The position numbers were made by a program, and so were the translations under genes. Below, piece after piece: positions 12,085-24,164 of a stretch of DNA of 64,000 nt. The DNA lies in NCBI GenBank assembly GCA_051047955.1, contig JBPGPT010000006.1, forward strand, positions 1-64,000. Direction: 5' to 3'. Below the pieces are notes generated by a model. It ran no database searches. It was not told the origin of the DNA and worked only from the letters and a program-made list of their open reading frames with translations. Position 1 is the first letter of the stretch. Each line of letters begins with the position of its first letter. This stretch comes from Cystobasidiomycetes sp. EMM_F5. Its lineage: Eukaryota.

Positions 12085-15000
12085 ATGGATCCGACAATTG
12101 AAGCTTTCGTGCCCTCCCGTGGGCGAATGCTGCACGGCGAGGGTAGCAGTACATTTGCACCGCACGTCCGCAGCGATCTCGACCCTTCAACATCGGCGTT
12201 TGTACCGGCAAACGGTACACCGCACCAGCAGTTATGGGCTTCTCCTCAATTAAATGGCACCGAATTCTATCCAAATGCGGCACCCTTTGCATACCCGCCT
12301 AATGGCTTTCAGATTCCAAACGGTGCTCCTGTGTCGTACGTGGAAGGCCAGCCGTTTGTGGGTGAAAATCAACATCCTGCTGCACACTCGCAGAAGAGAT
12401 CGCACGGTTCCAGTCAAGGTCGCTCGCAATCTGTACCTGGAGGTAGTTCAGCGCATCCGCGAGGCGGAGGATCAAACGGACGTGCGTACATCTCTGCTGT
12501 ACCTCGCGCGTGCATCTAGCTAAATATTCCTTTTCACGCCGATACAGGTGGCCGAGGAGCGAGTCGCGGTGGACGAGGTCGCGGAGGAGCACACGGGCCT
12601 CCTTCGTCCCATGCGCGAAAGTATGGAGGAGATGACGCTTTCCACAATACAGAGCCCAAAAAATCGGCGCCAGAAATTTCACTAGATTCAATCGCAGATT
12701 TCCCTGCTCTTGGACCGAGTCCACCTACTTCGAACAAAGCGACCTTCTCTCCGACTCTACCGATCACAAAGGTTTCATCGACAAGCAATGACGGCAATGA
12801 AGAGCCGTCGCATTCTGGCGAAGAACCTTCCCCTGTCAGTCAAGAGAAACCCGCCGCGGCACCATCAGCAACCCCAACATCTCCGAAGTCTCAAAAGAAG
12901 CCCGTCCTATCATTCGCTCGAGTAGTCGCGCCCGTCCCACCTCCACAACCACAAACAGTGGTCTCATCTACTGCAAAGTCTGCTTCCTCCAGTACGGACC
13001 CTACTCCCTCTACCTCGTCAGCAGTACACACCGCTCCATCGAAACCAGGTCGGATCGGCGAGCGAACCAGCTCAGGCTCTTCAACGTCCGCTTCTACCAC
13101 TCCCTCGACATTATCCCACTCTTCCGATTCGAAACCGGCTTCTCGCGCACCTTCATCAACATCGTACCACAATTCTGGAAATCGCAGTCCGATAGACCGC
13201 TCAAATGCAAGCGAACCATTCGCACAGCAGCATCACAAACCGAGACGAGCGTCCGCTCATGCACCCTCTCGCCGGTCAGAGTATCCGTATCAGCAAGGAC
13301 CACAACAACTGCCGTATGGGATCGAGCCCCAGTACTGGTCTGTTCCTCAGCCGCCAGTCCAGTCAGGCCTCTCTGCAGTCCAAGCCGAATTTCTGCGTAC
13401 GAACGGGTTTGCCGTTGAAGGTCTCGATATGTCGGCCCTTGATCCTGCTGCGCCTTTGCACGATAATGTCCCAGAAGGTAGTATTGACGTTATGCAATTA
13501 CCCGGGTATCACAATCCGCAGCCGACACACGAACCAGGCTACCAACCCAGAGTCCCGAAAGGTAGCAATGGCCATCTTAATGGTGATCACAACCAGCCTA
13601 TGCCCAACAAGAAGGACCAAGCGAAAAGGAATCGTCAGATGCAACGAGAACAAGAGCAGTATATGCACTGGTACAACAATCAATCACAGAATGGAGTGCC
13701 GTCACAGCAGGAGACCGAGGCAGCGCGGTCGTCTGGAATGTCGAAATCTCTGTCTGCTGGATCATTCAACCCAGATGCACCTGCCTTTGTGCCTACATGG
13801 GCAGCAGCTAAGCCTGTCTTGCCGGAAGCGACAGCAGCAGGCAATCAGAACACGACAGAGGAGCACAGCAAGGAAGAAGCTCCGCAACATGATACTGCAT
13901 CTGCAATCACCGCACAATCAGAACAGGACGCCGGGACGACCGATGATACTGCAATAGCTATGCACACGATTCCTGCGGTCGCAAGTACGGCGGAGACGTC
14001 AGAAACTAATATTTCAGAGCCAGTTCCAGAAGAACAGCAAACTGAAGATACGAAGTCTTCAGCGGCACCTCCAAGTATTGAAAACGGTACGACGCAGGAT
14101 GAATCGGACACGCCTGCAGAGGAGAGTATCAAAAGTGAAGAGCAGTCTGACGAACAAAGTCTTCAAACTGCGAGTCAAGTGGATATCGCAACGCATGCCG
14201 ATCCTGCAGGCGGGGCTGCCGAGCTGCCAGAAGACCAACCAGATAACAAGCAAGATGCGCTGCTAGCCGTACCTGAACGCAGCGATGCTGTTGCAGCCTG
14301 CGAAGAGAACATTGACCCGGAAGACGCGCCGTCAGTCGTCGAGGCTGTAGCTAGCACCGTCTCCACCGCGGCTGCCACTGTATCGGATACAGTCGCACAT
14401 GCTGTCGCACCGATAGTCGAGACACTATTGCCGAACGCGGCTTCGCAAGACGTCGGCGACGAGGAAGCCGAAAGTGATATAAATATCGACCAACCTCAAG
14501 GCGACGTTGCGGCGGAGTCAACACTTTCCGCCGAACCCGCTGAACCCGCTGCGAGAGATCCCGCAGTGTCAAGATCTACAGAAGAGGAAGACTCCAGTCC
14601 GGCATGCACGGAGGAGTCCACAAGCGAACCTGGCCACAAGGAGCAGTTGACATCCGAGGAACCTATTCCTGCCGATGACACCATTGCAGCTGAGTCGCAA
14701 CCGCACTCGACATTTTCGCTGCTTCCGCCAGTCACCGTGGCCGATGTGTTGGACAAGGCGAAGGAGTACGTAAGCGATATCGTAGCTGCCGTACAGCCTG
14801 CTGCAGAATCAACGGATGAAGACTCGTCTGCGGACAGCATTGGGGCCGTCGATAGAGTCGGAGCTGGAGCAGGCGTTGACGCTGAACATACTAAGGCGGA
14901 ATTGGATGAGCTAGACTTGTCGGAAGGAACCACTGCTGGGCATGAGGCGTCTCCGTTGGAGTCCGCGCTAGGGGATGAGGTCGACAAGCAAAGCTCAGAC

Positions 15001-16393
15001 GTTCGAAGTTCGCCAGTAATGCCCGATGCCTCGCAAGAGGTAGGAACAGATGATGCTTCACACATTAAAGATGTCTCTGCGTCGTCGACAATTTCTGCTT
15101 CCAGCATTGACAGCGAGACTGCTCAGCATTCTCTTACTCCAAGCGAAGTCGAGAAGGTGCTAATTCGCCAAAATGAGGTAGAAACAGGACGAGACGTCTT
15201 GGAAGCAGAATTGGCTCGAGCTGAGCCGCCTGTGAAGCAAGCCGAAGACTATTCCAAGACGGTCGAGCCCCATCCATCTGGAGAAACCACCGAAAACACT
15301 GCGGGAGATGCAGCGCCAGACTCTACAAGTGCTATTCAGATAGTTCTGTCTTCCTTCGACCGATGCTCGTCCGACGGCCAAAATGACTTCCTGTCCACTG
15401 TGCCGAAAGACGGACGCTCATCCCCTTCGCTGGTGTCTGAGACTTCTGCAGATGATGTGGAAGAAAGGCGATTTGAGCGGTCTTCTGCACCTTCACCGCC
15501 AGTCCTGCCAGTCGACGTGCAACTGCAAGGTGCACCTAGTGAATCATCGACGTCTTTCCTGCCACGATTATCGTTGGCACATCCGCAGGGGGCAGATGAG
15601 ATGGAATCGTTACCGTCGCCAGCGTCGTCTGTCAATCTCACCGCACCACCGGAACTTTCCCGGCGCGCCAGTATGGAAGAAAAGGAGGCAGCCATCAGAC
15701 TTGTTCAAGAGTTGCGGTCCGAGCCTCCCACACCGAAGGCTACTGATTACAGCGACGCCGGCGTTGGCGCTGCTCAGGATCCGCAAGCTACGCCGATATT
15801 TGACATGGCTAGCGTACTGCGCGACCTGCAGGCATCAAAACGTAAACGATCAGGGAAAGAGGTTGATCGCAACGATGACACTCCCATGGAACCTGAACCC
15901 AAAAAGGAGCGGCCAAGCGCTGAAGGCGACGACCCGAAGAAGCCTGCGCAGGGAGACGCACCTTCCCTGACGCTAAGCATTTTATCTGGCAGTATAGTTC
16001 CCCGGAAGCAGCTGGTCCTCTCTATCTTAGCGAGTCTCGGTATCAACTTCCTCCTTCCATTTGTCAATGGAGTCATGTTGGGTGAGTTTGATTGTTTCGA
16101 TCTTCAGCCAGATACGCTTACACTTGCATTCGTCTTGTCATACAGGCTTCGGCGAGATTTTCGCTCGCGATTGGCTGGGCCCCTTCTTTGGTTTTGTATC
16201 GTCACGCAATGCATCTACCGTCCAACAGAATCAAACTTCGTCAAGTTTCAGCTCGAGTAGCCTTGGTTTACGCGGAGCTGGGCGTACTACACCCAACCAG
16301 CGCGGCGGCGCGCAAGACGTACCAGGCCATGCAGCTGCCAAAACTGCACTTGAAGCCGCAACTGAGGGCGCCATCAAGCTTGCAGAGTCGTAA
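12085..16393 (+). CDS. MIM1: 1392-aa protein: PAM2-like motifs, RGG box, long acidic low-complexity region and C-terminal Mim1/Tom13 domain
   Basis: Exons 12085-12481, 12548-16081 and 16146-16393 join without stops. The C-terminus reads ILASLGINFLLPFVNGVMLGFGEIFARDW (Mim1 signature INxxLPFxNGxMLGFGE). PAM2-like motifs: MDPTIEAFVP, LDPSTSAFVP, FNPDAPAFVP. Confidence 0.75.
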
Positions 16394-16822
16394 CGGCTGA
16401 AGTCTTAGACCCTGAGTGCGCAAGCATCTACACGGGAACAACCTCTATGATCCCGCTGGTGATGTTTGCGTTGCCTGTTCTCCGCATAAAGACCTTAGCT
16501 GGAAAACAAGCTTCAAGCAATTTTTGTCCGCGTGAGGATCCGCAAAAAGCGCTATGCATGCGTAAGACCCTTTTCCTTCGATACGCAATCAAATCTGTAA
16601 AGTCGCCTTTCGTCTCGCTCAAGTCGTGTTTTGTCCTGTTGCAAAATTGCATCATAAAGTAGTATCTACATCATACATCATAAAGAAATTTGCGTTTTGT
16701 CGTCCCACTTCGTTGTCAGTATGTCACAGCAGGTAATTTCAAACTGTCCTCCACAGAATCTGCATTATGTCGTGACTGCCTTCTGTTATTGCTGCATTTC
16801 GTTCTTCCAATGAGTTGATTGC

Positions 16823-18261
16823 CTATCTGCGAAAAGCCAGCAGTAGCAGCTGCAAGCATAACCTGTACATCAATCTGTACACCACTGCCACCGTGAATTT
16901 GCCTAGCCAGAAACCCGCCAGAAAGCTTACGCACAGACCAACGAGGTCGCTAGTCTTCCGGAGACGTATAGGGATATCGATATATTCCGAATCGCTCATC
17001 CGGCCCGACTCGATAAAGTTTCCTAGTCTTTCGTCCTTTTCCCTCCACAGATTTAGTACCCAATCATCGAAAATTTTGCGCTCTTCTGGGCTAGCTTTAC
17101 CGGCCGTCGTAGTTGACGTAGACAAGCTGTCCCGGCCAATGGGGACATCGTACTTGACAACGTAGCTTCGGAGATGCATGTGTATGATCGGAGGAGGTAC
17201 ACCAGCTCCGTATATAGACTGCAGGGTGTAATAATCCTGCCCGTATCCGCCGGCTGGTATGCCAGGGTATCCAATCGTCACGTCTAGCAAGCGCAACGTC
17301 GGAACACGCGGAGACAGGGTCCGGAGGGCAAAGAGTAGACCAGTCGACCTCGGAAGCAGAGTATGTTTGCAGTCCTCGATGGAAGTCTTTTTTGCATATG
17401 CTGTGGAAACAGGCCGGGTGATGGGAGATACGAGGGTACCTTCTGGGACTGAGGATAGCATCAGTCGTCAGTCATGACATTTGTGATCTGACTAAGTCAG
17501 GCGAAGACTGACAGATCATGAGCACAAAAGGCTTCAAGCTCCTGTTGGCAGTCTCGGCGAGTTTGACAAACGCCTTGCCTAGTATCTGTTGGTCGCTTCC
17601 CCAGGACCGGTTAACAAATATGAAACGGTAAATCTGCATAGCGGGGCCGACGAGGGGCACCCATTTCAGAGACGCTTTGAGGATTATGACAATGGAAGAC
17701 TCGAGCGAGGCAAAATACAGGAGATTCCTTTTTGAGGACAAGTTCAATCATGCATCAACGCGACGGTATGCAAACTGCGTACCATATGTAAGACCAGTCA
17801 CAGTACACCTACGGTGTGATATTATGAGCTGCCGTTTTGATTGAAGAGCGCGAAAGCACACTTACTTGATGATTCGACATCAGTACCATTCTGTCGGGCA
17901 AATCAATCCCCACAACGATCCCTCTTTCATCTCGCTGAACAATTTTCTTGAGATCTAGCTCGTCCAAATCATCCTTATCGACAGTAATGCGCAGAGTGGT
18001 TGGCGCAAAGAATTGGGATATGAAGACGAGCAACCGTCCAAACATGGTTTTCGAGTAGTCTGCTAATTCGTTAAAGTACGGCAGGGTCTGCTTGCTGAGG
18101 TGGAGGGGAAGGATGGTAAGCTGTGCTCCGTGCAAGCACAGCATGCCAAACTGAAAGACGACATTGAAGGCCAAGAAGTGCAGCCATCCTATCGGGTTGA
18201 GCGGAGCTCGCTGTTTGACGGGTATGGCGAATGTCGGAGTGGATGTCGAGTATTGGGACAT
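16823..18261 (-). CDS. Lysophospholipid acyltransferase (PlsC/LCLAT1/Cst26-like)
   Basis: SNHQVYCDW (via a micro-exon), LKASLKWVPLVG, FIFVNRSW, IFPEGT, LLPRSTGL, DVTIGYPG. Confidence 0.88.
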
Positions 18262-18550
18262 GTTGAGACAGGTTTCAAAAGTATGAGGTATCGCGCTGAG
18301 ATGTTAGATGAATCCGACGTTGATATATGACGTTTGTGACCGAGCAGCGCCCGAGTGAAAGCTGAGACGGCTCAAAGCTGAGTGGGGATCTCGAATGGCA
18401 GCCTAGTCAGTGTTGTATGCTCCCAGTCAGTGTCCCGCCAACATCGTCAGAGTCAGTCACCGCTTGACCTGCTCAATCGAAACAAGGACTTGGATCCAAA
18501 ATATTTGATTTAGAAATTTGGAAACGGCTTTGACGGCGAGCAGTTTGGCA

Positions 18551-18568
18551 GACGACGACGACGACGAC
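18551..18568 (+). repeat. (GAC)6 microsatellite upstream of eIF3e
   Basis: Read directly from sequence. Confidence 0.85.
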
Positions 18569-18603
18569 AGCAGACTATCCGAATCACTGCCAGCTGGGCA
18601 ATC

Positions 18604-20340
18604 ATGGTGGACGCCAGCTCAGCAGCAGCTGCATCCACGTCGGCCGCCATGGACGCCAACGAAGAAATCAGCAGGCTCGTCCTGCCCCAGCTCGACAGGC
18701 ATCTCGCAGTACCGCTCGTCAGGTTTCTCGAGGACAACGACGTGTACCCCCGACATGACCTGCTGCACGCCCGGCTCGAGCTCCTCAGCGGTACAAACAT
18801 GGTCCACGAGCTGCAGAATGTGCGGATTGAGCTCGACGGACAGTCCAAGCAGGCCGAAATTGTAAAGGAAACAGAGTCAAAGCTCGAGCAGCTCTTCAAG
18901 CGCAACGACGAGCTGCGAGGCCGCGCAGACAAGGTCATCGAAATCATCTCGGATCCCAACGTCGCCGCAGCCCTCGGCCAGGACAAGGAACGCAATTTGA
19001 CGACGCTGCGAGAAAAGTACAGTGTGCGTGGGAGGGCGTCACCACGAGTCGTCCACATAAGCGTCTAATATGCTCTGCCCATTTTCAGCTCGACGTCAAG
19101 CAGATTGACGCCCTCTACGAATATGGCCAATATGCATACAGTCTCGGAGACTATGCCGCTGCGTCCGACTACCTCAACTCTTTCCGCATCCTCTCCATCG
19201 ACCCGGTCCTGACTCAGTCTGCCTACTGGGGCAAGCTCGTCTCCAACATTCTCGAACAGCCGTCCGAAGGCGAAGAAAAAGACTGGGAGGGTTGCATTGC
19301 CGAGTTGAAAGTCTTACGAGACGATATTGAAGCACAAAAGCACTCTCGAGCGCCTGCTGTACAACTTCAACAGCGTGTCGCATGGTTACACTGGTCGCTC
19401 TTTGTCTACTACCGCTTACCCGACAAGTCCAGAGGCATGCGCGCTCTCGTCGATGCTTGGACAGAAGCCAGTCTTGAACCCGGTGCTGGCGACAAGAGGA
19501 GAGCACACTACCTCGATGCCATTCAATCTGCTGCTCCATGGCTGCTTCGCTATCTCGTCACCGCCACCGTCATTGCTCATCAAGGTCCAATCAAAATCAC
19601 AACCAGCTATACGCAAAACAACTCTGCTGTGCAGAGTCGGAGAGCTATGCTGGCGCCAAAACTTTTCCAGGTTTTGCGAGTTGTTGAACAAGAAAAGTAC
19701 CAGTACGCGGACGCCATTACCGAATTCTTCCGTCTGCTCGTCGGTGCAGTCGATTTTGAGGGTGCGACGGCGTGCTTGAAAAAGGCAAATGAAGACGTTT
19801 TGCGCAAAGACTACTTTACGCATATCTACAAGGCCGAGTTTGTCGACCGGGCAAGGCATTTCATGTCGGAAGTGTACTGCCGGATACACCATCGGATAGA
19901 TATTGCGTAAGTCGCGAATTGCTCAGTGATGTCGTCTTCGAGCTAAGCTCCAACTTGTTTACAGCGACTTGTCCTCCCGACTGGGACTGTCGGCCGACGA
20001 AGGCGAGAGGTGGATTGTCGAACTCGTTCGCGATGCGCGGCTGGACGCCAAGATTGATTTGCAAAAGAACATTGTGACGATGAACAAGTCTGCACCTTCG
20101 ATTCATCAGACCATCTCTGATCGGTCCAAGATGCTATTGGAGCGAGCCCAGTACATTCTGCCTGCTCCTGCTCAGGGCCAGAACGTAGCGGGGAGCGGAG
20201 GCTTCCAGGACGAGCAGTCGGGAGAGAGGAAGCAGAGACAAGGTGACAGACCGGGAGGACAGAGACGGGATCAGCACAATGCTTCTGCTGGAATTGGGAG
20301 CGGTCAGACACCAAAGCCTGTAGAGATTCGTGCGCAGTGA
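18604..20340 (+). CDS. INT6: Translation initiation factor eIF3 subunit E
   Basis: LDRHLAVPL, WGKL, WLHWSLF, PWLLRYL, YCRIH and GERWIVELVRDARLDAKID (PCI domain). Two canonical introns. Confidence 0.92.
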
Positions 20341-20877
20341 GCTTGTACTCGATACGGTAGTCGGTGTACGAGGATGCATTCGTAGTACTCACTATTCCGT
20401 TGCCTCGATCCACAAGACAAGTCAGGATGTCCTGTCACTTGACCTTTGCATTCAGCATTCCACGACTTGCATTCGCTACGCCGAAGTTACAACACCGTTC
20501 TTACGCCGTAACTACTTGTCCTCAGGCATCGGTGCAACAGCTGCTACGCCCTTAGCGTGTGATGCGCGTGTCGCTGCACCGCCAGATTTGAAGTCTCGCC
20601 AGGCACAGGCACAGCCGCACTGCTTTTTTCCCCTGGACCTCTCTACGTCTACGCTGCCATTCTCGCAACGACTGGCAGACTTTTGGCTACTAATTGAATG
20701 GCTTGCACTGCAGCACACTAACGGACTACTGACTTGCTGACCTTCATCAGAGGCTGACATGGCTGAGTCCGCTCGTTGACTTTGCACGTACATCTTGCGA
20801 TTTGAGAGCTGGACTCTGAAGTTCCATTTGCAGCATATTGCAAGGACATACACATCGTAATTTTCACCCACAAGTCA

Positions 20878-21849
20878 ATGCCCACCCCGCAACTTCGCCA
20901 TAGCGTCGCTTCGACATCATCCAGCAGCTCATTCCCTCTGGATCCGCACACTCCGAAAGATGATCCGCACCGATCCTTCACGTCAGCACTTGAATTGTCA
21001 TTCGCCGACTTTTCGCTGTATGATATTCGAGGCTCAAAATCGACCTATCAGCCATCGGAAGGATACGTTGACGGCGCTCCACTCCATCGTTGTCGAGAAG
21101 ATGATGTCCCGCTCTCACCCTATCGACGAGCTCTGCTTCGAGCTCAGGCCGTGCTCCATCGTCCGGTAGCTATTCCCGCAGAATCCTTAGCTCGTTTATG
21201 GGATCGTGAAGACGCTAGCGAGACTGCTGTCTTCCTCCGGGCATATTCTGAAGAACTCCGCGATACTGGCATACATGCCGACGCGTTCATTTCATTCATC
21301 GATCTACTCAACGAAGCTATGCTCTCGCACCCGTCAATACGCGCTCAAAAAGTCCACGATTGCTTGGACATTGTCAATTACGAAATTTTTACTCCACGAG
21401 GCCTGGAAGCTTCGTAAGTCGTCTGGACATACACATCACACATATCATACATGCAAACTGAAACTTGCTTATAACAGACTCTGCTCAACGCAGCATTTGG
21501 ACGCTGTTTGCAATGACAATTCTTTTGGCTTCGTGCAAGACCATTCTCTTACCGATGCCGACATCCCGCACTCACTGCGTGCTTATCAAGGCAAGATAGC
21601 ACACCTGGACACAATCCTGCCCTCAATCGTCAACAATGGTCGCCCTCGCTCGCAACAAAGCCTGACACGACGTGATAGTGGCCGTATCTCGCAATTCTTT
21701 CGTCGATACCGCTCCGGAAGCGATATCAGACTACAAAAGCCCGATCCTCCAAGCATTTGGGTGAGTCTGCAAATAAATGGCGTGCAGACAGCATGTCGCT
21801 TATACCTGTCTTTTCTTAGTTGATTATCAACAACAGGGTCATTCGATAA
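20878..21849 (+). CDS. Conserved fungal hypothetical protein
   Basis: Three exons with canonical introns. The pattern PVAIP..FLRAYSEEL..GI..FISFIDLLN..N.EIFTPRGL resembles an uncharacterised fungal family; function unknown. Confidence 0.55.
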
Positions 21850-22010
21850 GCTGCAGAGCAGCTTCGAAATCGTGAAAAAGGAGTGTAGCAGTCATGATGA
21901 AATCAAAGCGATTGTCGTGAAAGGCGGTAGCCCAGTAATGCTATTGTACTCAAAATTAAGAGCAAAATGTATCGGACAACCGTTTGCCTTCTCTAATCCT
22001 TCAGACAGTC

Positions 22011-23184
22011 TTACGAATTGAAGATACGAGAATGTAGCTGGTCGTGTCGTGCGGCTAGAATCTCTGCTAGTGGCCAGGTTGTAGCAGGACCACCTTCATC
22101 GTCGCTGTCCCATTCTCCGTCCTTGTAAATGTATTTTTCTGCCGGTTCTGCTGCGAGTCTTTGTGAATTTACTCGGCATCTGTCCTGATAGTCGTTGATG
22201 GCACTTGATACCGCTCCTTTAATATCCGTAAGAAGGACCCTCTGAGCTGCGTACGGTCCTAGCATGTTGAGCCTTACAGCTGAAGACAGTACTGCTCGAG
22301 CTTGGAGGAATAGATGCAAGTGCATCGAGCGATCTTTTGTTGTACGCCAGTCAGCAACAACCGACATCACAGAATGTTGCGGCCTACCGAGTGACAGACC
22401 CAAAGCGGCGCATACTACCGCAAAGCATATCGGTAGATGTCCTTGCAATTTTACAGGCCTACGGGAAGCTGCTTTGAGCGCTTCAACGAGGCTCGTCATT
22501 CGTTGGTGTTTTGCGATTTGCTCGTCAATTGCGATATTGGTAGTTTCGGCTGCTCGCCTTGTTTGAAGGGGTGACGCAAAGGCTCGTCCATAGAGCGTAA
22601 GTAGAGCAATTCCCTGTGCTTTGCTTGCTCGTCGGGTAACGTGATTGAGTAGCATGGCTTCGAGGGATGTATCCAGGGCGATGATACGCTCTACAGCTTG
22701 TTCGAGCCGTACCGCATCACCTTCTTGCTCCGTCTGCCTCACCTCCCACACTTCGTTATGAGCATCGCGAAAGAAGGGTAGATTGAGGTGTGAATAGGAA
22801 ATGAGGGATTGCTGTAGAAAAGTGATGAGGGAGAATTGCGGTAATTCGGAGCCTGTCGCGGCGATGGAGGCTGAAGGCCCAGATGGGACAAAGGAAGGGA
22901 CGAGAAAGCCATGCTGTAGAAAGGACTCGAGGCCTGAAGAAGCTACGAAACCGCCAGTTGGTAACGCAGAGTCGGATAAGCTGTTACGAGTGGGGATTGT
23001 GTCAGAATCGTTCGATAATCGGGACGAGTAAGCTGTTATGGCCATACATTAACAGAATATAAGTCTCGAGCTCGTCGTCGTTGTCGGGACTGGCTGGGCC
23101 GTCGAGGCTTTCGACCATGGGGTGGCCGTTTAGCTCTCGATCGGCCTGGAGCGAAGCGCAAACGGCTAAGTCTTCGCTCGACAT
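22011..23184 (-). CDS. ureF: Urease accessory protein UreF
   Basis: LSDSALPTGGFVASSGLES, RRASKAQGIALL, GHLPICF, LSSAVRL, HDQLHSRIFNS*. Start is 23184 or the downstream ATG at 23119. Confidence 0.92.
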
Positions 23185-23258
23185 TGCCAACTCGCCAAAG
23201 TCTGCACGCCAGCAACTGTCGACGGAGCTCTTCAGTCTTCAGCACAGCGTCTACAGTC

Positions 23259-23950
23259 ATGCGGTCGTCAGCCCCAGTTCTGTCGGGCATGCCCACGGGC
23301 AAGAAATATGTGGGCAATACCGGAGGAGACTGAGACGTATGGAGACTTGTGGACTGACTGACGATTGTGTTTGTAGATGGGATGGTGAGATTGCTGAAAA
23401 TGGACTGCAGAGGCACTCTTGGCCCGCCAGCTGACTTGGTCATCTCCGTCAATCTCGATAGGTGGGGAGCCTTCGGTGAGTGGGCTTGAAGGGACGGAAG
23501 TTTGGACTATGGCTGAGAGACTTGTGCTGTATGTTCATCATAGGCGGACCACCCCAGGTTGGAATCACCCAGTACTGTACGGCTCTAAGGCTCACAATGA
23601 CTGCTGGATCGGACTGACCTAGTTTGGCATAGCTCTGTCACACTACCGCCAGAATGCGTTCCAGGGATTCCTCAAGCACAGCGTCATGCAAGGCTACTCT
23701 AGAATCATCGCTCAGGTCCCTTACTTTCTCGTCCCCATAGCTCTCTGTGCGTAGGCCATCGTTACTTAGGAGTTGACCAGCTGATCATTCGTTGCCTTTG
23801 CTAGCGTACGGTGTCATCTCTTGGGCGGTCAAGAAGAATGAATGGCACAAGTAGGTTCATTATGCTGCTTCGCGGTCAGTATGCTGACATGTGCTTTGAA
23901 ACAGCTCGAAAGAAGGCCACCTTGCTGCAGCTGAAAGCGGTGACCACTAA
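23259..23950 (+). CDS. QCR8: Cytochrome bc1 complex subunit 8 (103 aa, 7 exons)
   Basis: Exons 23259-23309, 23377-23384, 23462-23475, 23544-23576, 23633-23746, 23805-23850 and 23905-23950 give MRSSAPVLSGMPTGKKYMGWWGAFGGPPQVGITQYSLSHYRQNAFQG...QVPYFLVP...NSKEGH, which matches Qcr8 (YMGWWG, YSLS..Q, SK.G). Confidence 0.93.
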
Positions 23951-24164
23951 GGGCGCGAGTAAAGGCATTCCGTCCGTCCATTCACATGTCGTTAGTTGAT
24001 TCGCTGGCTAGACCCTCAATATGCATATCGTCTGTTCTTCGTCAATCGTGGCTTGGACCTCTGTCCCACGCCTACCAGACCATGACCAGGCCATGATACT
24101 GAGACTGCCTGCGCACCATGCTGTTTGCTGTTGACCGCACCAGACCAAGCCGCCGTCGCCAGCC

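Noticed and set aside
16440..16680. Sm-site-like AATTTTTG and GTAGTATC as a possible snRNA
   Set aside because: Conserved U1/U2/U4/U5 sequences are absent; the region fits convergent 3' UTRs.
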